A DNA stretch of 64,000 bases from Octopus sinensis (taxonomy: Eukaryota), in NCBI RefSeq assembly GCF_006345805.1, contig NC_043001.1, positions 16,306,001 through 16,370,000 of the forward strand. The letters run 5' to 3'. How positions within the stretch are numbered: the stretch's first letter is position 1; every line of letters begins with the position of its first letter. The notes beneath the pieces are model-generated. The model searched no databases, was not told the origin of the DNA, and was given only the letters and a program-made list of their open reading frames with translations. A program made the translations under genes and the position numbers. This document shows positions 10,491-23,556 of this stretch, piece by piece.

Positions 10491-13400
10491 GATATGTCTG
10501 TATATATATGTGTGTGAGAGTATGTATATATATATGTGTGTGTGTACATATGGATATTTTTGCATATGTATACACATGGAGACACGTGTATATGTGCGTA
10601 GATAGATGCAGGTGGGTGTGTGTATTTGTATGTGTGGATGTATGTATCCATGCATGTGTAGATGTGTGGATGTGTGAGTGTGACTAAATAAGGGCACATC
10701 ATACCAACTGTGAAAAATGAATAAAATGACCTCAAATTAACAGATTCCCAAAGGTCATCCTTTGACAGGAGCTCACAACCTTGTTTTGATGACTACCATT
10801 TTCAACTATTTTTTGCCTTCTAACTGTCCACCTTCTAACTGTTCCTTTCCTTCGCTTTTTTTCCCTTTTTCCCTTTTCTTCTTTTTCACACATGCTGTTG
10901 GGTTTACTTTTTGTATTCTTTTCTTTTTTCTTTTACTTGTTTCAGTCATTTGACCGCGGCCATGCTGGAGCACCACCTTTAGTCGAGCAAATAGACCCCG
11001 GGACTTATTCTTTGTAAGCCCAGTACTTATTCTATCGGTCTCTTTTTGCCAAACCGCTAAGTGAAGGGGACGTAAACACACCAACATCGGTTGCCAAGCA
11101 ATGCTAGGGAGACAAACACAGACACAGAAACATACACACATACATATATATATATACGACAGGCTTCTTTCAGTTTCCGTCTACCAAATCCACTCACAAG
11201 GCATTGGTCGGCCCGAGACTATAGTAGAAGACACTTGCCCAAGATGCCACGCAGTGGGACTGAACCCGGAACCATGTGGTTGGTTAGCAAGCTACTTACC
11301 ACACAGCCACTCCTGCACCTTTTATTATGTTTTTATTTCATTTTTGTATTATGTTTTATTTTTTATTTTATTTTTTTTCTATCTTTTATTTTCTGTTTTT
11401 ACACTTGTATGAAAAAATATCTAAACCAAAGAATTTCAGTTTGAAAACACCTATGGAAAAGCTCAAAACTCATTAGAGTAACTGTAAACATTATCATTAA
11501 AATAAAAATTATTACCCAAAAGTTATCTCTACTCATTTTTTCAAATATATAATACTGTACCAAGAACCTTTTTTTATTATTCTAATATATATATATATAT
11601 ATATATAAAATGAATAAAAGAATGGAGTCGAACGAAGATTTTAACACAATTCCTTTACTTTCAACACATGTTTCGAAGACTGCATATTCTTAATTACACA
11701 CACTCATACACACACATAAGCAATAAAACTAATTAACCAGAGCAAACACCCCCGCATCCACATACATACAGCATGCATACTGTCCCCTTCTTATTTTCAT
11801 AAATTCCTCTTCCAAACAATTTTGACGTCATTGCTTTTAACGGATTTTTAAAAACACTCATTATCACTGTGAACATTATGTAGCAAGCCATAGAAAAGTT
11901 TTTGTCCGTCTTGAGGCTGTTTGATTTTCCTTGTCTTTCCTGATGAGAAGACGGCATAATGCACACTTTATTCCTTCGGAATTAAGAATATGCAGTCTTC
12001 GAAACATGTGTTGAAAGTAAAGGAATTGTGTTAAAATCTTCGTTCGACTCCATTCTTTTATTCATTTTAAATATTACACAAATTACCACACATGAACACA
12101 GGGTTTCTACCCTTGGCATGTAGCTTCAACCGTGTTTTCTGACGTGAATTTGCTACCCAGGTATCGATTAACCGAATTATCAATACTAGGATAATTCATT
12201 CACCTACCTATATATATATATATATGTATGTATATCCTGGTCACGGCAGCCTCCCTATAATTTTACTACACTCTTGGAGTGGTTGGCGTTAGGAAGAGCA
12301 TCCAGCTGTAGAAACACTGCCAGATCAGACTGGAGCCTGGTGCAGCCTTCTGGCTTCCCAGATCCCCGGTCGAACCGTCCAACCCATGCTAGCATGGAGA
12401 ACGGACGTTAAATGATGATGATGATGATCTATATGTAGGGAGAATTCACAAAAAAACAAAAGACAAAGACAAGAGGTGTAGACAACAAACAGATGTATTC
12501 GTATAATGCTTGGGAAATGAAAAAGTCTTTAATGTTTCGAGCCTACGCTCTTCCTCAGACAGGAACACAGGCCAGTCAGGCAGTTCTGGCAACAACCACG
12601 CTGAAAAGGTGTTTTTTACGTGCTACCTGCATAGGAGCCAGTCCGGCAGCACTAGCAATGACCACGCTCGAATATTGTTTTTCACCTGCCACTGGCACAT
12701 GTGCCGGTAAGGCGACGCTGGCAATGATCACATTTGAATGGGGCTTTTTATGTGCCACCAGCATAGGAGCCAATCCGTGGCCCTGGCAACGATCATGCTC
12801 AGATGTGCCTTTAATGTTCCACTGGCACGAGTGCCAATCAGGTGGCACTGTCATCGGCCACGTAAGTGATTTTGATTTTGATAATAAATATATATATACC
12901 CACTACACACATTTTTTTCTCTCCTCGTTTTTTGTGTCCCTTTCTGTAGAAGAGCATAGGCTCGAAACGTAAAAGACTTTTTCTGTTCCTGAGCATTATA
13001 CTAATACATCTGTTTGTTTTGTACACTACCTGTACACTACCACAACTACAATTTCCATTTGATATTTATTTTGATGTTGATGTACTTGACTCTGCAGGTC
13101 TAATTTTTTGTGTGCAGGGGTTTGTTGAGATATGTAATTTATTTTAAGGGTTACGCAAGGGTAAAAAAGTTGAGAAACACTGATATTCTATATCTGAAAA
13201 AATAGATGGAATGACCACTGCTGGAATGCTTTCATCAAGAGTTGACCTGAGGTAAAGTCCCCCACCACCACCTGCTCCACCAACAACCCTCTTGTATTCC
13301 ACCCCACCCATGTATTTTCTTAAAGAAGCCAACCTACAAATGTTTATATTGACTATCAAGCACATCAGTCTCTTTAAAAGGTCATGATTAACTAAAAGAA

Positions 13401-16400
13401 AGACAGAAAGGTCATCAGAGATTACTGAAGGAAGAATACAACAGACAGACATGCTGGTATGTGAGGAATTCGGAGAGAGCAGAGGATGAAGAGAAGGGGG
13501 TCCGAGGAAAAGATAGAAAAAAGGGAGGAAGAGGGAGAGAGACAGACAGGGTGTGAGACAAAGAGAAACAAATGAAAGAAAGAAAAAGAAAGACAGAGAG
13601 AAAGAAGGGTGTTGGGTAATATTTAATCTTGTTACAAGATTAAGTTAAAACATTTTCTCCTAAATTTGACATAAAATATCCTAATAGCCAATAAGGGAGT
13701 GCCTGTGTGTCTGTATGCACAGCTAATCCCCTTCCAATCACACCCTACCTACCTACCGGCTTAGAAATAAAAGGACGTGTTAGATAATGTAGTACTGTCT
13801 TCTTTGTATTGGGTCATTCCATAAATAATGCAGCCTTTTCAATTGCATGAACAAAAAAAGTCAGAGGGGGACGGGATAAACTACCTGTATCAACTTGCTA
13901 TAAAAGCAGGTAGTAATTTTACCTTCTCCTTATTCTTAGTGCAAGTTTTGAAGAGTGCAGTTCGATTTTAATAGTTACTAGCAGTATTGCCCGGCGTTGC
14001 TCGGGTTTGTTTCGACCCTTTACAATTGGAATTTTTGAAAAGTAAAAATTTTGCATTATGTAGCTTGTTATTCTCTTTGAGTGAACATTTTTCTGGTTGA
14101 AATACACTGAAAAATGGCGACACAGCAGTCAAAAAATCGTAAAAAAATAGGGATTTTCATAGAAAAAAAGCACCTTTTTGATGTAGATAATTTTTGGTGT
14201 TAATATGGTCCGATTTGAATTTTATCTTCTACGGAAGGAAGAGCAAGCCTTCTTCTATCATACTCTCAAATTTGGTCAACTTGTGATGCAGGGTTTCAGA
14301 GGAGATAGTGTTAGTTGAAGGCTACCAAACCTGCCATACACAGACAAATTCAGCTTTATATATATAGCTTTATTCAAAGCTATAATGGAAGTGACAAAGG
14401 AGCATATTCGGCATATTTTGCTTTATGAGTTCAAGAAAGGAAACAACGTAACGGAAAGTGCAAGGAATATTAATGCAGTATATGGGAATCGGACAATAAG
14501 CATAAGCCAGTGTCAATGGTGGTTCCAGAAATTCTGAACCAGAAACTACAGCCCAGAAGACGAGCCTCATCCTGGATTTCATGTTGATGTACTTGACTCT
14601 GCAGGTCTAATTTTTTTGTGTGCATGGGTTCCTTGAGATATGTAATTTATTTTAAGGGTTACGCAAGGGTAAAAAAGTTGAGAAACGCTGGTATTCTATA
14701 TCTGAAAAAATAGATGGAGTGATCACTGCTGGAAAGTCTTTCATCAAGAGTTGACCTGAGGTAAAGCCACCAACAAGGATTTCCTGCAAAACCCTGGTGG
14801 AACAAAATCCCATCGTAACTGTTGAGGAACTAGCAGAGAAGCTTAGATTTGGTTGTTCAGCCATTTATCGATACCTGTGTGCCATCGGAAAAGTCAGCAA
14901 ATTGGGTCAATGGCTTTCTCATAAACTTTCAAATCTAATCGCATGCAGAGTGCAAACGACTGTTCTTCTTTGCTGCCAATTCTCACGAATAAACCATTTT
15001 TGGACCAAATAGTGACTGGTGAGGAGAAACTGGTTCTCCATAAAAATTTTAGCACCAAAGACAGCGGGTATGGAAAGGAGATACATCGGCACCTCAGGCT
15101 AAAGAAGGTTTTCACCCACGTTAGGTGTTGTTATCTGTTTGCTGGGATATGAAAGGTTTAGTCCACTTTTAACCTTTAAACCCAAACCAAATGATAACTG
15201 GTACATATTGTATGGCTCTCTTTTGCCAAATCGCTAAGTTACTGGGATATAAACAAACCATCACCAATTGTCAAGAAGTGAGTGAGGGACAAAGACAAAC
15301 ACACACACATGCTTCCACACAGTTTCCATCTACCTAACCCAGGTATTAGTCAGACTGGAGCTGATCGGTGTAGAAGACACTTGCCCAAGTCTCTGCACTG
15401 TGGAACTGAACTCACAATCATGTGGTTGAAAAACAAGCTTATTAGCCGCACAACCATACAAGTTTATACTCATTAATTCCTAAATCTTTTCTGTAAAAAT
15501 GTGAATGGTTTTTCCACCAGTACAAATAAATCAGATGAATTGAAAGAAAAAATTAAGAAATATTTTCCCAGAAGTTCTGTCTTATAGATTAAGTCTGTGC
15601 ACCAAAACAAAGGCGGGGTTTCAAATAAAAGAAAATGCTATACTCTTTACTCTTTTACTTGTTTCAGTCATTTGACTGTGGCCGTGCTGGAGCACCGCCT
15701 TTAGTCGAGCAAATCGATCCCGGGACTTATTCTTTTGTAAGCCCAGTACTTATTCTATTGGTCTCTTTTGCCGAACCGCTAAGTAACGGGGACGTAAACA
15801 CACCAGCATCGGTTGTCAAGCAAAGCTAGGGGGACAACACAGACACACAAACATATACACACACACACACACTTATATATACATATATACGACAGGCTTC
15901 TTTCAGTTTCCGTCTACCAAATCCACTCACAAGGCATTGGTCGGCCCGGGGCTATAGCAGAAGACACCTGCCCAAGGTGCCACGCAGTGGGACTGAACCT
16001 GGAACCATGTGGTTGGTTAGCAAGCTACTTACCACACAGCCACTCCTGCGCCTATACGGATATTTAAACTAAAAAAGCTGTACCATTCACAGAGTTAGAA
16101 CAGAAAAACATTGAGTTAGAGAGACTGTGTACGTGAAGAAAACAAATAATAAAATCAGTGTGTTCTGATTTTTCCACTGGTTTAAATGAATGTCTTAAAA
16201 CGAACCACTATCTGCTACTTACTCCGGAGGATATTTTGGCAAAATAAAAGAGTGGCAAGATATTTTCTAAATTGGATCTCTCTGACACATACCTACAAAT
16301 TAGAGTAGATGATGAATGATCTAAATACCTAACAATTAACACACATCAAAGACTGTATAGATACTACAACAGGTTACCATGTGGCTTAAATGTTGCACCA

Positions 16401-19400
16401 GCAATTTTTCAACTGATTATGGATGCAATGCTAGCATATGGGGTCATCCCATAAATAATGCGGCCTTTTCAATTGCATGAACAAAAAAGTCAGAGGGGGA
16501 CGGGATAAACTACCTGCATCAACTTGCTATAAAAGCAGGTAGTAATTTTACCTTTTCCTTATTCTTAGTGCAAGTTTTGAAGAGTGCAGTTCGATTTTAA
16601 CAGTTACTAGCAGTATCGCCCGGCGTTGCTCAGGTTTGTTTCAACCCTTTACAATTGGAATTTCAATTGTATGAACAAAAATTCAGAGGGGGACGGGGAT
16701 AAACTACCTGCATCAACTTGCTATAAAAGCAGGTAGTAATTTTACCTCGAAACAATCATGTGGTTGAAAAACAAGCTTCTTAGCCGCACAACCATATAAG
16801 TTTATACTCATTAATTCCTAAATCTTTCCTGTAAAAATGTGAATGGTTTTTTCCACCAGTACAAATAAATCAAATGAACTGAAAGAAAAAATTAAGAATC
16901 TACAATTCCATATCTGGATGATATACTTATTAAAAGCAAATCAACACGTAAAACACGTAAAATATGTATTCGAAAAATTAGGGATTACGGCTTTACTTTG
17001 AGTGAAGAAGTGTGAATTTTTGTAACTGAAATTCAGATATTTAGGACAAATCATTGATAGAAATTGACGTTGACCAGATCCGTCGAGGGCAGACGCAATT
17101 AAAAATATGCTCCCTCCAACAAATATAGCAACATTACAAGCATTTTTAGGACTGGCAAATTATTACTAAAATTATACTCCAAATATGCATAAGGTGAGGG
17201 TTCCGCTGAATAATATGCTGAAAAAAGATGTGAGATGGAATTGGTCGGTAAAATTGTCAAAAAGGCATTTGGCAAAATTTAAAAAACATTAATATCTAAT
17301 TTGTTGATAGCATACTTCGATCCTGCAGTGAAGACTGTTGTAAATTCAGATGCCTCTGAGTACGGTATAGGAGTAGAAATGCTACATAAATATAAAGATA
17401 GTAACACGAAAGCGGTGGTTCATGATTCACATTCTCTGATAATATAAGGTTGTCCCAAAAGTTCGTAGAAAGTCTTGTAAAATAATGGTCTTTATTTTGA
17501 GGAATAATTTTTTTGTTTTTGTTAGTACTTGGCGAGTAAAAATTCAATTTTCGCAAGTGTTTACGAACTTTTGGGACAACCTAATAGCAGAGAAAAATTA
17601 TAGTCAAATCGAAGGAGAAGCTCTAACGATTATTTTCACGGGTTTTTACATTGTAGAAGCTTTCATCTACAGACTGAACATCATCCGTTATCAATATTTG
17701 GGTCAAAGAAAGGAATCCCTACCCATACAGCTAATAGGCTACAATGCTGGAGTAAGGTATTATTAGGATTTCAAGATGGAGTATATACCATCCAAGAAAT
17801 TAGGCCATGCTGATTGTCTATGAAGACTGATTTTAAAAAATGCTGAACGACTGGAAGACGCCGTGATTGCTGCTTTGCGAGTAGAATATGAAGTTTAAAA
17901 TGTTTTGTGTAATGTTATACATGAACTGCCAGTTATTTTACAAGACATGTAATTAAAATCGGAAAACGATAAATTCCTTTTAAAAAATGAAAGAAATGCT
18001 GACGGCTAAATGAGATAAAAATATGTGCAACACAAATGCAGGCCATTTCTCAATATGTCAATGTGTTGATATATGCAGAAAGAGTCGTAGCGTCAGCCAC
18101 AATACTGAAGCAATTGTTAAAGGAATTTCATATTGGTCAACCAGGGATTTCGAGAATGAAATCTTTAATGAGACCTTATTGGCCAACAATGGACCGTGAC
18201 ACTGAAGAAGCAGTGAAAGCATGCAGAGGGTGTCCCTTAGCTGCAAAAGTGCCTATCACAGACTAAATGGCAACCATGGCCAAAAACAGATGTTCCATGG
18301 GCCACACTGCATGTTCATCATATAGGTCCACTTAAGGGTTCATACTACCTAGGGCTGGACAGTTTGTATTCAGAATGGTTACAATAAGCTTTTTACAAGA
18401 ACTTCTCACCAGGTATGGTATTCCTGATAACATTGTGTCTGATAATGGAGCTTAATCTACTTCACATGAGTTCATAAAATTTTGTAAAATGCTTGTTATC
18501 GAACATGTGACCACTCTGCCATATCATCCTCTCTTTTATATATAAAGATTTGTCAGTGGGACTGAACCTGGATCCATGTGGTTCGTAAGCAAGCTACATA
18601 CCACACAGACATGCTTATGCCTATTGATAAAGAATTATAATTGTGAACCCTGAAGCCTCCACCTCACTTCAGCTGTATTTCACTCTCCGCACTCTGCCTT
18701 CTCCTCTTGAAGGTTTGGCACTGGAATAATTTGGACAATGCAGGCTTTGTATTTAATACAGTGAAGAAGAAGATGGAGGGGAAGGGAGAGAAGGAGGAGG
18801 AGAAGAAGAAGAAGAAGAAGAAGAAGAAGAAGAGGAGAAGAAGAAGAAGAAGGAGTAGAAGAAGAGGAAGAAGGAGAGGAAGAAGGAGTAGAAGAAGAAG
18901 GGGAGAAGGAGGAAGAGAAAAAGAAGAAGAAGAAGAAGAAGGAGGAGGAGAAGAAGAAGGAGTAGAAGAAGAAGAAGAAGGAGGAGAAGAAGAAGGAGTA
19001 GAAGAAGAAGAAGAAGAAGGGGAGAAGGAGGAAGAGAAGAAGAAGAAGAAGAAGGAGTAGAAGAAGAAGAGGAAGAAGGAGAAGAAGAAGAGTAGAAGAA
19101 GAAGGGGGAGAAGGAGGAAGAGAAAAAGAAGAAGAGAGAAGAAGAAGAAGAGAGGAAGAAGAAGAAGGAGTAGAAGAAGAAGAGAAGAAGGGGGAGAAGG
19201 AGGAAAAGAAGAAGAGGAGTAGAAGAAGAAAAGAAGAAGAAGGAGTAGAAGAGAGAGGAAGAAGGAGTAAGAAGAAGAGGAGAAGGAGTAGAAGAAGAAG
19301 AGGAAGAAGAGTAGAGAAGAAAAGAAGAAGAAGAAGGAGAGAAGAAGAAGAAGGAGGAAGAAGAAGAGGAGAAGAAGAAGGAAAGAAGAGGAAGAAGGAG

Positions 19401-22400
19401 TAGAAGAAGAAGAGGAAGAAGGAGGAAGAAGAAGAGGAGAAGGAGTAGAAGAAGAAGAAGAGGAAGAAGGAGGAAAAGAGAAGAGGAAGAAGGAGGAAAA
19501 GAAGAAGAGGAAGAAGGAGGAAAAGAAGAAGAGGAAGAAGAGGAAAAGAGAAGAGGAAGAAGGAGGAAAAGAAGAAGAGAAGAAGGAGGAGAAGAAGAAG
19601 GAGTAGAAGAAGGAGAAGAGAAGAAGAAGGAGAAGAGAAGAAGAAAAAGAAGAAGGAGAAAGAAGAAGGAGTAGAAGAAGAAGAAGAAAGAGGAAGAAGG
19701 AGGAGAAGAAGAAGGAGTAGAAGAAGAAGAAGAAGAAGGGGGAGAAGGAGGAAGAGAAGAAGAAGAAGAAGAAGGAGTAGAAGAAGAAGAGGAAGAAGGA
19801 GAGGAAGAAGGAGTAGAAGAAGAAGGGGGAGAAGGAGGAAGAGAAAAAGAAGAAGAAGAAGAAGAAGAAGAAGGAGGAGAAGAAGAAGGAGTAGAAGAAG
19901 AAGGGGGAGAAGGAGGAAGAGAAAAAGAAGAAGAAGGAGGAGAAGAAGAAGGAGTAGAAGAAGAAGAAGAAGAGGGGAGAAGGAGGAAGAGAAGAAGAAG
20001 AGAAGGAGTAGAGAAGAAAAAGAAGAAGAAGAAGGAGTAGAAGAAGAAGAGGAAGAAGGAGTAGAAGAAGAGGAAGAAGGAGTAGAGAAGAAAAGAAGAA
20101 GAAGAAGGAGTAGAGAAGAAAAAGAAGAAGAAGAAGGAGTAGAAGAAGAAGAGGAAGAAGGAGTAGAAGAAGAAGAGGAAGAAGGAGTAGAAGAAGAAGA
20201 GGAAGAAGGAGTAGAAGAAGAAGAGGAAGAAGGGGTAGAAGAAGAAGAGGAAGAAGGAGGAAAAGAAGAAGAGGAAGAAGGAGGAAAAGAAGAAGAGGAA
20301 GAAGGAGGAAAAGAAGAAGAGGAAGAAGGAGGAAAAGAAGAAGAGGAAGAAGGAGGAAAAGAAGAAGAGGAAGAAGGAGGAAAAGAAGAAGAGGAAGAAG
20401 GAGTAGAAGAAGAAGGAGTAGAAGAAGGAGAAGGAGGAGAAGAAGAAGGAGAAGGAGGAGAAGAAGGAGAAGAAGAAGAAGGAGAAGAAAAAGAAGAAGA
20501 AGAAGAAAAAGAAGAAGAAAAAGAAGAAGAAGAAGAAAAAGAAGGAGAAGAAAAAGAAGAAGAGAGAAAAAGAAGAAGAAGAAGAAGGAGTAGAAGAAGA
20601 AGAGGAAGAAGGAGTAGAAGAAGGGGGAGAAGGAGGAGGAGAAGAAGAAGAAAAAGGAGGAGAAGAAGAAGACTCTGAGCAGACAGAGAAGAGAAGAAAA
20701 AGGAGGAAAAGATGAAGGGGAAAAAAAAGAAGAGAAAAAAGAGAAGACGAAGTAGTAGTAGTATAGTAGTAGTAGCTTCTTCAACTTCAAAATCTCTCCA
20801 GCATATCCTGACACCACAGAACATTCTAGTAAGAGAAAAGATATGCAGTCTTTGTCAGAATTCACATTTCGTGGGAGTTGAAGAGCACCACACCCATGAA
20901 GAAGAATGAGGATAATGATGATGATGATGATGATGACAACAATGATGATGATAATGATGATGACAATGATGAGGATGATGATAACGATGATAATGATGAC
21001 GATGATGATGGTGATGATGATGATGACAATGATGAGGATGATGATGACAATGATGAGGATGATTATAACGATGACAATGATGATGGTGATGATGATGATG
21101 CTGAGGATCATGACGACGACGATGATGATGATGACGACAACGCTGCTGCTAATGATGATGATGACAATGATGAGGATGATGATAACGATGATAATGATGA
21201 CAATGATGATGGTGATGATGATGATGAGGATCAGGACGATGCTGATGATATTGATGATGATGATGGTGATGAAATTTGAGGAGGAGGGGCAGGCAGTCAA
21301 TTATATTGACCCCAGGACGCAACTGGTATTTAATTTATCAACCCTGAAAGGAAGAAAGGCAAAGTCAACCTCGGCTGAATTTGAACTCAACATAAAGACA
21401 GTCGAAATACCACTAAGCATTTCACCTGGCATGCCAACGATTCTGCCAGCATGCCACCTTAGTAATAACAATAATAATAATAATAATAAATGCCCTGATG
21501 CAGTACCAGGCAGTGGCTCTCATGGCTTCTGATCTTAACTGATTGGAAGTGTTATCATGTACATTGTTTTGTCTTGGTATAAAAGATGAGCTACAGCAAA
21601 TATTCTGCTCAATACCACAGATTTGCTTGTCAGTTGTTTGACCTTAACCAGTTGAGCATGTCCCTTAGTGGCTGACGATATGTGCATCTCTGATCACGAG
21701 CAGAAGCAGTGGAAGAGCATCATAGCCATGTGTTGACTTCTTTGGGGTTTGAATAATTTACTTCTGGAAACATGGGTGTTTCGTTCAACATCCTTAAACA
21801 ACCTTTACTCAGGGACCTTTTGAGCGGGATAGGCTACTCGACCTGAAGAAAATTCTAACTGGGCCCCACCTGCAAGGTCATGCACTGTTTATCTTGATAT
21901 GGGATCACCATGTCGTGCACATATGGTTGTGATGCATGTGCCTGGTGTACTCCTATCAGATTGGTAGTCATATATTGGGCTTTGTATATTTTACCCCAGT
22001 GTCGCTTTGATGGCATGCACTGCTGTCTCACTCAATAATAATAATAATAATGATGATGATACCAACGCCAACAACAACAACAACAATAATAATCACTTAA
22101 AAACCTTAAGGTGTATAATTAACCATTAAGAATACATCTACCATTTTTGCTTAACCTAGTTTTCATGTGACTTACATACAACTAGTACTTGCCAACTTTA
22201 TGTAACTGTCACCACAGAACTTGTCTTCTCACGTGCAAAAAAAATCATGTAGGACAGCAGACAAAAGGTAACTCATAACAGCTGCAGGCTGTGGACTCAA
22301 ATCATTTTCTTTCATACGGAAAGAGAATAGAATGACCCTGATTCCTGACCTCATTTGTACATCTCAGCAGCAGTAAAGAAAATAACAGAAAATAAGAGTT

Positions 22401-23524
22401 AAACACAATTTAGAAATGTGAATGAAAACATTCAGAATTAAATTGTAATAAATCATACCTTAATGGGGGTGAGATAATAGAGGCCCGTCGTGTATATATA
22501 TATAGCAAGGAAAAATTGTAAAAAAGGCAGAATGTTAAATTGAAAGAAAATTTTAATGAAAATGGGTGTATGGAAAAGTTTTTGAAAAATTGATAAAATA
22601 TATAAATATATATTAATTCAAATATAATATATAATTCAATATATTTTATCAATTTTTCAAAAACTTTTCCATACACCCATTTTCATTAAAATTTTCTTTC
22701 AATTTAACATTCTGCCTTTTTTACAATTTTTCCTTGCTATATATATATATATATATATATATATCATCATCATCATCGTTTAACGTCCGCTTTCCATGCT
22801 AGCATGGGTTGGACGGTTCAACAGGGGTCTGGGAGGCCCGAAGGCTGCACCAGGCCAGTTAGATCTGGCAGTGTTTCTACAGCTGGATGCCCTTCCTAAC
22901 GTCAACCACTTCGTGAGTGTAGTGGGTGCTTTTTACGTGCCACCGGCACGGAGGCCAGTCAATGCGGCGCTGGCTACGGCCACGTTTGGATGGTTCTGTT
23001 ATGTGCCACCGGCACTGGTATCACAACTAAAAATTCCATTGATGTTGATCGAATACGATTTTGATTTTCACTTGCCTCAACAGGTCTTGACAAGTAGAGT
23101 TATGTTTCCCAAGAAGGAAGGTATGCACAGGTGGACTGACTACGTCCCGGGTAGAGGCCACGGGTTATGGCCTCACTTGTCCTGCCGGGTCTTCTCACGC
23201 TCAGCATATCTCTAAAGGTCTCGGTCTCTGGTCATTTCCTTGGTGAGACCTAAAGAGCGAAGGTCGTGCTTCACCACCTCGTCCCAGGTTTTCGTGGGTC
23301 TACCACTTCCACAGGTTCCCTCAATATATATATATCAATAATAACAAAGCGTAAAATTAATTAATTAACTAGTAATCAATAATTTCACCGGATTGTTTTT
23401 GAGTACTTTGTTTTTTCCAGGAGTCTCTTTTTAAAGTAGAGGAAATAGCTAAACTTCGGTATGTGGTAAAGCAAATCTTTTGCTGAACCCTAATTATAAA
23501 ATATATATATATATATATATATAC

Positions 23525-23556
<32 letters not shown>

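Noticed and set aside
18664-21300. 878-aa and 714-aa ORFs
   Set aside because: Translation of stop-free (CTT/CCT)n and (ATC)n microsatellites; no domain content.
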